In this document: piece by piece, positions 25,891 through 40,296 of the stretch | Position numbering within the stretch: the stretch's first letter is position 1 | How the letters are laid out: every line of letters begins with the position of its first letter | Assembly (NCBI RefSeq): GCF_009914755.1 | Contig: NC_060938.1 | Source of the DNA: the human T2T-CHM13v2.0 reference genome, Homo sapiens | DNA length: 64,000 bases | Reading direction: 5' to 3' (one strand) | Notes under the pieces: model-generated | What the model was told of the DNA's origin: nothing | Databases searched by the model: none | The model's input: the letters and a program-made list of their open reading frames with translations, nothing else | Program-made: the position numbers and the translations under genes

Positions 25891-26789
25891 GTATTACAGC
25901 AGGCAGGAAACAGCTGTGTGTATTCTTTTGCTTCTACCAAAATGAACTAACCTTTTATTTTACCTGAAATAAGCATGTATGGAGGAAAATATGAATCATT
26001 TTATAACATCAACAACAAAAACAAATGCATATATTAGAAAAGGAAAGAAAGCTACTGACTGTACTAAACATTTAATAGTACCAAGTTCTAAAGTGGATTT
26101 TTAAAATTTTTATTTAATTTTAAAAGAACATGTGAGGGAATCAGAAAGTGATAAAATTTTCTGAAGTTACTTTGATAGTAGATTGTACAGAGTTGAAACT
26201 CGAGTTTCATACCCTTGTGTTCTTTTTATTGTGTTGTGCTATGCTTCTTTGATTTGGCAAAACAGCAGTGGAGAAAAAGTTGGATTGGCCATGGATGCTG
26301 ACATTATATAATTGTAGATGTCTGGCAAATGCTGAGCCATAAAAATATAATTTTTAGATGATTTATTGCATGACAAGATGGTGTCACATATTTTTTATTC
26401 TACATGCCTTTTCTAGTGGCACAATGTATGAATCATGCAATGTCCTTTTATTATCACTATAGGGAATGATGGGAGGGCAAGTAGATTCACACAGCGAGGC
26501 TAAAGAGTTGATAAGACAAGTGATATGTGCGATAATAGAGATTAAAAAAAAAAAGAAACTCCACCAAGATTTTGAAGACAGAATCAATAAGTTAAAATGG
26601 TTTATTTACATAAAAGGAGATTTCTATATGTTTTAAACTATCTTAGGCTTCTTTTTAATATGATCAGCTTGGCACTCTTGTCAAAAAAGTATATCATATT
26701 TGTAGGTTTAGATTAATAAAAGCAAATATGTTTATAAAACACTAAAAATATTTTTTGGAAGAGACCTTGAATCACATAGACATATACTG

Positions 26790-27230
26790 AACTGAAGAAT
26801 CAGAAAGCCAGAATACTGTGGTTTAAACAAATAGTATTTTTTGTCCATAAGTAATCTGAGAGTAGATTTTAGTGGAATTTTGGGGGGCACTCAAGCATTA
26901 AATTAGACAGGTAGGCTACTACTGTCTTCCCACTTTGTCACCCTAAGCATATTGGCTTTCTCTGCTTGCCTCTCTCCCTGTGGTTCTATGGGCATGTGAC
27001 CCCTATGAATGTCACCTATTGTGAAGGCAACAAGAATGGCCAAATCTGGAAAATCCGCCACGTCCTTTGTTATTAGGGAAACTTTTTTTTTTTTTCAAAC
27101 CGACTCCTCCGCACCAGCATCATTCTGCTTATTATGCAGAGATTGAGACTGGATTAAATAGCTACTATAACATAAAACTTCCCTGGGAAAATAATTATTT
27201 GGCTTTCCAGCCACTTTTGTGGAGGGAGTA
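26790..27230 (-). mobile_element. Old MLT1-like LTR remnant
   Basis: cagaaagcca..gtggtttaaacaaatag..ttttt pattern typical of reverse MLT1J/K/L; highly degenerate. Confidence 0.35.
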
Positions 27231-29329
27231 AAAGAGAGAAGGATGGGAAGTCTTTTATATAGTCAATTAAGAGGATCTGCCCCGAATGTCTAAAAAAAAA
27301 AAATCCTGTTTTGCTCTGATTAAGCTAGTGGTTGACAATCTGAGGCTGAAATTTAAGAGTTGGCATGCATTTAGAGTTTTTTTCATGGTGGAAATATGTC
27401 TGTGCATAAATATTGATGTTATATTAAATTAGGAAATGCATGAAGTTTCTTTTTAAACACTCATCTCTTTCTGTTTTATATATCTAACTATTCATGGTGT
27501 GTCCTTCTAAAACACCTTTAACTCTTGCACTTACAAAGGCCTAATTAGCAACCTATCCCTTCTTTACTATTTCTGCACTTTGGGACCTGACTCCTTGAAT
27601 GCTATGGCTCTAATAAGTCATTGAGAAAATTATTATTGATGCTCATCATTTTATAGAGCTGGGTTAGCTAGACAATGTAAAAGTTCATTGGCTCTCCATA
27701 CCTGGAGGACACTAGAATGAAAACATGCTGATTCAAGGTTGCAATCAATTCAGAAGGAATTTTCACTATTTATACTGGGTCATGAAGAGTATACAGCTCC
27801 CTTTTCACTGTAGCTCTCTTACTTTGCATGACACTTTGCAATGATGGTGTCAGCTCATTTGCTTGTGACATTCAAAGTAAGTATAGATATAGACAAAGAC
27901 TGGGAGGAAATTTTTGCACACATTTGTAAAACAATTATAAAGATTTATGTTTTTATTAATGCTTGGAATCCATTCGCTATTTGTCCGATGGTCATTATTT
28001 TATATATCCTTTCAAGAAAATGTATTAATTGACTCACTGCCATGATTGTAGATGTGATCTCCATTCTGGAAGAGGATAGAATGTTTGAGAAAACAGATAG
28101 ATTCATCTTGGCTGTCAAAACAAGAGATCATGGAATTAATGATACTAACCTTTTTATTAACGTGAATACTTTCACGTGGAACCAGTTTGTTCTAGAGGTC
28201 AATGTATTATTCTGAAATGTCTTCATTCCTCAGCCTCATGTTTTGGCCTCTTCCCTGTGTCTGCCCAGGGAATAAAAGAATGAGGGTAAATACTATCTGG
28301 AATTCCTCCTTTGTTATGCAGCTCATCAAATTTGATTAAATGTAGTGCAAGTTTAGACAACGTAGGCCATGGGAAAGGAGACTTAAAGGTAATATGGGTT
28401 CCCCTTATAAAATAAACAATACAGCAACATTTATTAGGAGACTCCCTTAGTTAATCCATTAACAGCCAGTAAGCTTTCTTTCCCTCTTTGTTTTATCCCC
28501 ATATGGGCTTTTAAGTGAGGAACACTAATAGAATTTCATATATATATTTAATTTTTTCTACTTTCTCTCTCTTTTCTGCCTTTCTCCTTTACTTCTTCCT
28601 TTTCTTTTTTGCTGCTTCCTTCCTCCACTTACTTCCTTTCCTCCCTCCATCCTTGCTCTCTGAAATTTTTAAAATTCTTCCTTCACAGGTAACAATCATT
28701 TTAAGAGCCAAAGTCTAAAGTAGAGCATACATTATAATACAGCTCTGCAACAGGGACTCCCATCAATCCTTTAAAGCTCTTTCCCTTTTTCCAATTTCAT
28801 TAGAGCATTTAAAATATGGTGTTTTACACTAAAGTGAATTTTTAAAATTTTCTTTATAGTGGTTTCAGTATTAGGAGGATATAATTTAAAGTAGGTATTG
28901 AAAAGTCACCTTAGCCTGAGACATTAATGGTGGAAACATTTATTATTTGTTTAGTCAGCATCATCAACAAAATTGCTAAGTGGATGAGAGTTGCCCCTCA
29001 TATCCTCACAACATAAGACTATAATCATTCTCCACTTTCTAACATTGACCACACATAGCACATGTTGTTTGACTATTATTCTTATTAAAAGATAAATAAG
29101 GGAAGCTATGATTTATTCTTACAGAAATCAGAATATTTTGCTTAAAAGCCTAGTACTAATGTTGACATTTCAGGTATCAGGCAAGGGATAATTCACGAAA
29201 AGGACTTCTACTCTTCAGAAACTAAAAACAAAAACAAATAAAAAAAATCCTAATTAGCAACTAATCTTTTTAAAAAATGAGAATAAGGAAAATCTCCAGG
29301 TATAAGCATGAGAAACACTAGTATCTGAA

Positions 29330-29745
29330 GTATTGACAGAGAAAGAGAATCTCATAGGTAAATATCTAAAAGCAGATTAATAGGAAGTTAGGAAGTCACA
29401 CAAAGAAAGAGAAGAGTGTGAAGCTCAGGAATAAGAAAGCTACTGAAGTAAACATCTAATGGGAAAAAAATGAAGCAGAAAGTGCAGTCATTTAAAAGGC
29501 CACTGTAATGACTTTAGCAACACAGATTTAGTTTCCCTTGAGTTGGAGTGAAAAAAAAAAAGGTAGAAAAAATATGAATAGAAAATGAGAAGGAAGGCAT
29601 TTTCAGAGAACTTGGCTATCAAAAGAGATGAACAATATGAAAGAAGCTGAGTGGGGGTGTGGAGTGGAACACAGCGTCTCTTTAGTTATTCCCCAGATGG
29701 GATTTGAGCACAGTTTACAAGCAGAAGGAACCAATAGGGATATAA
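29330..29745 (-). mobile_element. L2 fragment (appears to continue after 36275)
   Basis: Purine-rich degenerate L2-like sequence (tttcagagaacttggct..gaagctgagtgggg..gaaccaataggga); similar sequence resumes at 36275-36500. Confidence 0.4.
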
Positions 29746-29746
29746 G

Positions 29747-29747
<1 letters not shown>

Positions 29748-29790
<43 letters not shown>

Positions 29791-29811
29791 GGAGAGAGAG
29801 AGAGAGAGAGA
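29748..29811. repeat. Compound microsatellite (TG)n(TA)n(GA)n
   Basis: About 10 TG, 11 TA and 10 GA units in direct succession. Confidence 0.95.
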
Positions 29812-30999
29812 AATGACATCACCAAGATGACAAAATAAGAAGTATCAGGCTCCAATTCCCCTGCAGAAAGTTCAACTAGCAACTATCCACAGACTAGAAC
29901 ATCTTTTTAAAACCCCAGCACTTGGAAAAAAGCCTCATATACTAATGCGGTCTGTAGAACTAGATGGAATCTGAATTAGAATGCTCAAAAGAACAATCTT
30001 ACTCCAACTGCACCATTTCCCCATCCCACAAGTTGGCAGAACACCAGATGGAGAGGATTTTTCTGTACCACAGTTTCTATGGGGAGAAAAAGAGGACGAG
30101 AGGTAGTAATTTAGTGTCCCTAGCATTTCAAAATTTTTCCAAGGAAGCCCACTCTAGTCTCACCTCAACCAGATAGGGAGACTCCTACTTCCTACGTATT
30201 TCAGAGAAGCAATGAAACTAGCCTGGCTTGACCCAGAGGCGTCTCCATTTTTCAGTCATTAGGCTTTCCCAATGACTGCTCAGGAAGAGAGACTTCCACT
30301 CTCATGCATCTTGAACATGGATGTGGGCTAGAGTGGCTTGACCCAGGAAGTCAAGCAGTAGTACTACTCAGCCAAAAAGCCTGCTCTATAACCCTGCCTA
30401 GGGAGTGATACTCTCACCTCCACACAGATTTTGGAAAATTATAGAGGCTAACTCTACCAAAAAAGCTAAACAGCTGCTCAACTCAGCCAAAAGCCCACAC
30501 CGTGGCTTCTCTTGACAGGGAGGCAATCCTCAGTTGAGCATTTCTAAGGAGCATAGCCTCTTTCCTGCCTTTCCTGAGCAATAATTTCGCCTAACCTTAA
30601 AGCCCAGCCTATAGCCCTGTCCAATAGAAGACCCCAAACAGTGGAATTGTCCAACCCTAGAATACATCCTGTGATTGACCTGGCTAGAAGCCCTCATAAT
30701 ACCCAGCCAGTAGCTCCACCTGATAGTGGATAACTGCCAACAGCCTCACTTGACATCAGAGGAAAGGCAGCACCCCAGAAACTAGAGAATTCACAACAAA
30801 TTCTGCTAGGCTGGGGTCATCATCAGCTGGCCTTTCAAGAATTGCAGGCTAAACAAAATAGTGAAGCTCTGTCCCTGCCAAGGAACATGTATAAAGGACA
30901 GAAGGAAGGACTATCTTCTCAAATGTGCAGAAAACAATGCAACAGATGATACAAAGATTACGAAGAATTAAGGAATTAGCACACCTTCTAAAGAAACTA

Positions 31000-31395
<396 letters not shown>

Positions 31396-33209
31396 CTAGC
31401 ATTCAGAATAATACTTATAAAGTGGTGTGACCAACTATAATATGCTTACTGAAAATTTAATGAAATTTGTAAAACAATCCATGAAATTTGAGAATATTGG
31501 CAAAAAAAAGGAACAATAAAAATAAACAGAAACTCAACTAATAACACAATGAATTAATTGAAAAAAATCATTAAAATTTTCAATAGGAAACTCAAGCAGA
31601 AAGAATCAGCTGCAAGACACCCATTTGAAACTGTCTAGTCAGAGGGGCAAAAAGATAAAATAATTTTTAAAAATGAAGAATGCTTATGGGAATTATGGGA
31701 CACAATCAAGGAACTAAATATTCAAATAATAGGAGTTCTAGAAGAAGATAAAGCTAAAAAACCAGAAAGCACATTTAAATAAAATGACAGAAAAATTTTC
31801 TAATTTGAGGATAGATGCCAACACCCAAGTACAGTAAGCATGAAGATTCCCAATCACTTTCAACCCAAAGAAGTATATCTAAGCACATATTCAAACTATC
31901 AAAAATCAAAGACAAACCATTTTGAGAGCAACAAGAGAAAAGAAACACATTGCATAGAAACAAGTGTCAATATGACTATGAGTAGATTTAGTGGGGGAAA
32001 AAAAACACAGCAGGCCAGGACACAGTTATATAATATATTCAAAGTGCTTGAAATAAACAAAGTAAAAGTTTTAATGAGGAATAATTTTTCAAGCAAAGGT
32101 GAGTTTCAGAAATGGGTAAGAAATAAAAAACTTTCCCAGACAACAACAACAACAAAAACACCTATGTGAGTTAATCACCATCAGACCTGCCTTACAAAAA
32201 TTGATAGAGAGTTCTTTTTTTTTCCAACATTTATTTTAGATTCAGGGGGGTACATGTGCAGGTTTGTTTCTTGGATAAATTGTGTGTCATGGAGGTTTGG
32301 TGTACAGATTATTTCATCAACCAGATAATAAGCACAGTACCTAGTCGGTAGTTTTTCAGTCCTCCCCCTCCTCCCACCTTCCACACTGAAATAAGCCACA
32401 ATATCTATTGTTTCCTTCTTTGTATCCATGTATACTTAAGGTTTAGCTCCCAATTATAAGTGAAAGCATGAGATATTTGGTTTCTACTCCTGAATTAATA
32501 TGCTTAGGATAATGGCCTCCTGCTCCATCCATGTTGCTGAAAAGGATATGAGCTCATTCTTTTTTGTAGCTGCAAAGTATACCATGGTAGATGTCTACCA
32601 CATTCTCTGTCCAGTCTACCTTTGATGGGAATTTAAGTTGATTCTACGTATTTGTTATTGTAAACAGTGCTGAAGTGAACATTTGCATACATGTGTCTTT
32701 ATGGTAAAATTATTTCTCTTCCTCTGGTTATATATCCAGTAATGGGATTATTGGGTCAATAATTCTGTTAATTCTGATAATTCTGTTATTAGCTCTTTGA
32801 GGAATCACCATAGTACTTTCCACAATGGCTGAACTAATTTACACTTCCACCAACAGTATATTAGTTGTCCCTTTGCTACTCAACCTCACCACTATCTGTT
32901 ACTTTTTGACCTTTTAATCATAGCCATACTGACTGGTGTAAGATGGTATCTCATTGTGGTTTTGATTTTTATTTCTCTAATGATCAGTGATATTGAGCTT
33001 TTTTTTCATATGCTTATTGACCAAATATGTGTCTTCTTTAGAAAACTATCTGTTCATGTCCTTTGCCCACATTTTAATTGGGTTGTTCATTTTTTTGCTT
33101 ATTAATTGGTTTAAGTCCTTATAAATTCTAAATATTAGACTTTTGTCAGATACATAGTTTGCAAATATTTTATCTCATTCTCCACGTTGTGTGTTTACTC
33201 TGTTGATAG

Positions 33210-33839
<630 letters not shown>

Positions 33840-34211
33840 TGATTTTTGTATGTGGTGAAGAAAGGAGTTCATTTTCAATCTTCTGCATATAGCTAGCCAA
33901 TTATCTCAAGAACATTTATTGAATAGAGAGTCCTTTCCTCATTGTTTGTTTTTGTTATGATCTTATACCTAGAAAACCCCATAATCTCTGACAAGAATCT
34001 CCTAGATCTCATAAACAACTTCACTAAAACTTGAGGATACAAAATCAATGTACAAAAGTAGTAGCATTTTTATGCTACATGCACATGGACAGCGTCCATG
34101 CTGAGAGCCAAATGAAGAATGCAATCCTATTCACAACAGCCACACAAAAAGTAAAATATTTAGGAATACAGCTAACTAGGGTGGTGAAAGATCTCTACAA
34201 TAAGAATTATA

Positions 34212-34511
<300 letters not shown>

Positions 34512-35903
34512 AAGAATTACAAAAGCCTGCTGAAGGAAATCAGAGATGACACAAACAAGTGGAATAACATTCCACGCTCATGAATAGGAAGAATCAATAT
34601 TGTTAAAATGACCATACTTCCCAAAGCAATGTACAGTTTTAATGATATTTCTATCAAACTACCAATGACATTCTTCACAGAATTTGAATGACCTATTGTA
34701 AAATTCATATGAAACCAAAAAAGAGTCTGCCAAAGCAATCCTAAGCAAAACAACAAAGCTGGAAATGTTGCATTACCTGACTTCAACCTATACTCAAGGC
34801 TACAGTAACCAAAACAGCATGGCAGTGGTACAAAAACAAACATGTGAACCAATGGTAAAAAATAAAGAGCCCAGAAACAAAGCCACACATCTATAACCAT
34901 CTGGTCTTTGACAGAGTTGACACACTACCCAACTTCAAATATACTAAAGGGCCACAGTAACTGAAACAGTATGGTAATGGTGTAAAAATAGGCATATATG
35001 CCAATGGAACAGGTTAGAGAACCCAGCAATAAAGCCACACACCTACAACTATCTAATCTTTGAGAAAGTAGAGAGTTTTTTAAACTGAAAAAAAAAGCTG
35101 CTAATTAGTAACACGAAACACACAAATGTAAAAACTCAAGGATATAAGTAAAACTGAGCCATGTTAAGAATATCTTAGTACTATAATAATGTTGTGTAAG
35201 GCAAGTTTATTTATAGTACAAAGGTTAAAAGATAAAACTACTGGTAATAAGTATAGCTAAAATAAATTTTAAAGGAAAACAAATTATGAAATAACGTAAT
35301 TATGAAATAAAAAACAGTGTGGGGGAGAAATGTCATTAGTGACTTTGAATATAAATGGATTAAATTCTCTAATAAAAAGAATAGGGTGATTAAATGAATA
35401 AGAAAATAACTAGAAAAAGAAAAAATTAAGCCAAAATATAGCTGAAAGTAGGAGATAATAAAGATCAGAGTATAAATAGAGAAAAACAATTAAAAAATTC
35501 AAAAAATTAAAAAAAGTTATTTTTTGAAAAAGATAAGTAAATAATTTGAGGCTTCTTTTTAGTTTTGCTAAAGGTTTTTAAATTTTGTTTACGTCAGAAA
35601 TGAATGAGGACACATTGCAACTGAGTTGGAAAACACAGAAGAAATAAATAAATTTATTGACCCATACAACCTACCAAAACTGAATCATGAAGAAATAGCA
35701 AATTTGAACCAACCAGTAAAGAGCAAGAATTTTGATTAAGTAACGAAAAGTCTCCCATCAAAGAAAATTCCAGGACCTAGTGATTTTATGGCTGAATTTT
35801 ATCAACCATTGAAAGAAAAACTAATACCAGTTTTTTTTCAAACTCTTTCAAAAAATTGAAAAGGAGGGGATATTTTCAAATTATTTTAAAGAGGGCAGCA
35901 CAG

Positions 35904-36090
35904 TAGATGGTCCCTTACTTATGAAGGTTTGATTTACAATTTTGAGACTTTACAATGATGTGAAAGTGATAGACATTCAATAGAAATTGTTAACTCATTG
36001 TAAATTGTTAGGAGGTCTTCAAATTGTAATTCAGTTATGTCCTGATAAACTCATCGTAAAATTGAAAAATCATACATCGAAGACTGTCTG
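35904..36090. mobile_element. MER47-like (Tigger5-derived) MITE
   Basis: agatggtccc..acttatga.ggtttgatttacaatttt..gactttacaatgatgtgaaagtgata and gttatgtcctgataaactcatcgtaa..tgaaaa match MER47 termini; ends tctg followed by TA. Confidence 0.7.
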
Positions 36091-36849
36091 TATGTTGCTA
36101 GGAGAGTACATTCCTAATGTTCTCAGCACAAATAATGTTAAACATTTGAGATAATGAATATGGTAACTAGCTTGATTTAATTATTTTACATTATATTCAT
36201 AAATCATAATACTTGTACTTTATATATTTATAAAATTTTAAATTGTCTATTATATACGTGTAAGTGAAAAAAAATCCAAGAGCCAATGAACCAAAATCAT
36301 CTGGCACTTAAGAGGAGATGGGAAGCAGAGTAATGATAGAAAAATATGCCTTATACAAAATTAATGAGAGCACACATTAGAGTGATGTAATTTAGTTGAA
36401 AGTGTGGTGAGATAAGGATGTTGAAGAATTCCTATCTTATGATTCTTAATTGTGTAGGGGAAGTAAGGGAGTGTTCAGCAACAGAATGAAGAGGTAGGAG
36501 GGAAGGTAGTTGTCCTAATAACAGCCCATAGTTCAAGTGTATTGCAGTGTGACGACTATATTTATTATTGCTGAACTTCGTAAGATTTTGAGATTGTATC
36601 AATATTGCTATGTATACTGGATTCTTTATGCTTGCAAAATATTATAAAATGTGAGAGTACTGCAAACCATGTCCATTCCAAAGAGAACCGATCAAAAAGG
36701 AAAAGATACACATATAAAATAATAGCTATAAAATGGGTTAGCTGAGAATGATTTAATATCGGTACTAATTGTTCAGTTAAGACAATAAATGCAAAAGAAT
36801 CCTAACAGAAGAGTTTATAGGGTGCTGATGGTAATGTTAGCATATAATG

Positions 36850-37103
36850 AGGCAATGTTATGTCATGGTTGAGAATGAGACTTCTGGAATAATACTGCTA
36901 GGTTATTGCTTATTCTTCCTACTATTTATTAGAATCTTGGGTAAGTTACTTGATTTTTCTGTGCACTTACAAATTTTAGAATATAATATTAGAATGCTTT
37001 CACAAAGTTAAGAGGATTAATTAGTAAATCCACGCAAAGTACAGTCAGAAAACAGCATCTGGTATCTAGTAAAAGCTCCACAAACATCAATGATTATTAT
37101 TAT
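36850..37103 (+). mobile_element. MIR, near full length
   Basis: tggttgagaatgagacttctggaat..cttgggtaagttactt..ctgtgc..gaggattaa..ctggtatctagtaa..tattattat. Confidence 0.75.
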
Positions 37104-37149
37104 AAAGTGGTCTAATTTAGTTGAATTTTGAAGAATGGGTAGAGAGAAC

Positions 37150-37860
37150 TGTACATTAGAAGGACTTTGGCTACAAGTAACAGACCACTAAATACAAATA
37201 ATTTAAACAAAAAGGGACTGTTTTGGTATTGGGAAGTCCAGAGGTAGGGAAGGCTTTGGGGTTGATCAAGTTTAGGAATTCCATCTCCTTTTTCTGCAGT
37301 TTCTTTTGACTCTCATTAAGTCTGATTTGGTTTCTTGTTAAGCAAAATGGTTGGAACAATTCTGGAGCTCCATCTCTGCACAAAAGTAACTGGAGGAAAA
37401 GAGGTCATCTCATCATGTGGCTTTTTCACATAAAGAAGGAAACAAAATCCCCAGCACACGCTCTTAAATGTCTTTAACTAGGATTAGGTCTTCTGCAGTT
37501 TCTTTTGACTCTCATTAAGTCTGATTTGGTTTCTTGTTAAGCAAAATGGTTGGAACAATTCTGGAGCTCCATCTCTGCACAAAAGTAACTGGAGGAAAAG
37601 AGGTCATCTCATCATGTGGCTTTTTCACATAAAGAAGGAAACAAAATCCCCAGCACACTCTCTTAAATGTCTTTAACTAGGATTAGGTCCAGAACATTTA
37701 CTGTAACTGAAGAATATTATGCCCTACTTGGCCTAAACATGGCTGCTGAAGTGCAGAGTCTGTCTCTTAGAGTTCACCCTTGATATTGGTATCCACATCC
37801 TAATATGGTACCTTTGCTACAATGAGATAGAGGTCAAATGGATATTGGTGAGATTATCAT
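37150..37860 (-). mobile_element. Old MLT1-like LTR containing a tandem duplication
   Basis: tgtacattagaaggactttggctacaagtaacaga..tttaaacaaaaggga..gaagtccagaggtagg is typical of the reverse MLT1J/K start. Confidence 0.55.
37292..37689. repeat. Direct tandem duplication, 2 x 199 bp
   Basis: 37292-37490 and 37491-37689 are identical except G37460/T37659. Confidence 0.98.
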
Positions 37861-40296
37861 ACAATCCTTCAGTGGGGAGGGTACTTCAGGCGTAAGTAAA
37901 ATATGCCGTTAGGTTTGCTGATGACTTGTCTAAGGTCAATGTTGTGGGCTTGATTGATGCCTTGGATTTTAGGGAAGGTTAGAGAAATGACATGTGGATA
38001 GTTCAGTCAGATACTTTTTCAGTCCGGGGAGAGCACTAAAAGTATCCCAAGAAGCCGAGCCTAAATTCAGTACAAAGATGAAAAAATGTAAACACTATCT
38101 TCGATATGATGAACTCCAGTTTATAGTCTCTTTGGTCCATAACCAAGAGAACGTCACATTTCACATAGCATGCATTAACTTCAGTCCTTCTGGAGCCAAG
38201 TGAGTATGAGAAAACTGCTCCAATAAATTCATCTCACTGGTTTGCTTTTTTTTTTTTAAACTAAACATCAACCCAAAAGCCCTGAAGTTCTCCCTTAAGA
38301 GTTTTAAAATACTAGGATAACGATTCTGCTGTACATTTAGATGAAACTGGAATTTTTTTATGAATAAAACATAAAATGTATCACCATATGATTATTGAAA
38401 TTATCTTTTAAGATAAGGAGTCATCTTATAGAGAACTTTAAGTGTTATATCCCTCTCTGACAGCTCAGTTTTCCACTGGACATAATTTACATTACTCTCC
38501 TCATACCCTTCATGATTTTTAAGGAAAAAGTGAGCTAAACTCGGTCTCGACCTCTCAGTGGGACTGACAGTCACAATTTATAGTGAAGATAATATCACTG
38601 AAAATAGTATGAAGATGCCAGTAACTATTCTTTATTCATAAATCTTCATCATTCCAAAACATGTATTTGTATATATCACCTTTTTTTAGCAAGAAATCTA
38701 TCATAATGTCCTATCTCACAATATTGATGAAAGATTTTTATAGCAAATATTTTGTCACAAGATAAATTAAACATCTCAAATATTATAAAATGTTTTGGCA
38801 TTTGTACAGTGCCTTTTTAGTTTATTTGTTGAGTCATGTATCATCTGTTTTGTCTGCTGAATACCCAAGTGATAACTTGTGCCAATTAACAAAACATAAA
38901 ATCAATCACCAATCTTGCATCCTGTTATCTGATCCATATGCAAGGCAAAAGGATAAAGTAGTCATGATATCAAGGAAAACACATGAAACATTTATTCTTT
39001 GAGACAGTATGTCTTCTGGGGATCTAGCACTTTTAAAATCAGCAGAAAAGAAACTTTAAGTAGAAACATAGCATTCTTCTTCTGCCTTTTATCATGCTTC
39101 AGGGTCCATGGCTTTTGTGACCTTTGAGTTTCATGCAATAGCAGACCAAACAAAATCATTCTGAAGACAAAATATTGACTGCCATCAAAATTGTACTTAA
39201 CATTAGCCAGAAAATAGAATAAATCAGTTTGGGTTGGTTAAAAAAATGAACTGTTAATTCTCATTGGATCTGAATAAATATTGATTTATGAGATGGCCAA
39301 ATGATATCTCAACCATTTCTGCGAACACTGTGAAGAAGTATGTTCCTTAGATTTCAATATTATATGTGCTTTTAAAATTCAGAATCAATTTTTAATCCGC
39401 CTACACTTGGAATTTATTATTTTTAGCAAGTTTGGCTGAATAACAAGAAAATTTCATTCACAAAGCACTATTTTTTTTAAAAAAAATTAGAAAATATAAA
39501 ATATATAAAAGGAAGACAAAATGTGTCTGAGTATTTTACTCTAATATTTAAGCTACCTTCCACCTTTTTGCAGTTTCTATGAGTGATTACTAGAGAAAAA
39601 CAGGTATCTTTCAAATATAAAGTATATACTTTGATTTTTTAATCACTTTTATTTTCTTAGAGATTTTTTTTCTTAGTAATTTTTAGATGTGATGAATGTT
39701 CAGCTTATATATTTATAAAGGAATTATTCATTAATATCAGTTTTAATGCTATTATGAGCAAAAAATGCAATAACATAAAAATAAAAATTAACAAAATACT
39801 AGGGAAATGTAGGTTAATAATTCTGTTCTGGAATCTAAGAATCATTTTTCTACATACAACATTAAATTCTTATCTTTATGATTTATGATCAATAGTTGAG
39901 CATGGTTTATCTACTTGATGGTTTTACAGACACTGATCCAGAAGGGCTGCCTCAATCACTAGAACTAATCAACTTGAAATTATATTAGATGAGCTCAACC
40001 ACAATTTAAGGTAAGGATTTCCATAATGATTCTGCAGCTATGAATGTTGAGTACTATGGTATTATCTGAAAAGATTCACAGTTCATCTAAATGTTTGACT
40101 TACATAAAAGGATTTGATAAATTTTTTTTTCTCTATGATCAATTATGTCACAGTAATTACCATAGAAACATGAAGAAAAATTCAATAAATTGATGAGATG
40201 CCTAAAACACAATCTATATACCATTTATGTTGACATAATTTTTATGGCAAAGTTAAGAAGAAGCCTTAGAGATAATTAAGGAGTAATAAGGAGGAC

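Noticed and set aside
37292-37689. Direct repeats as a CRISPR-like array or LTR pair
   Set aside because: Two abutting copies with no spacer, internal region or TSD; a simple tandem duplication in eukaryotic DNA.
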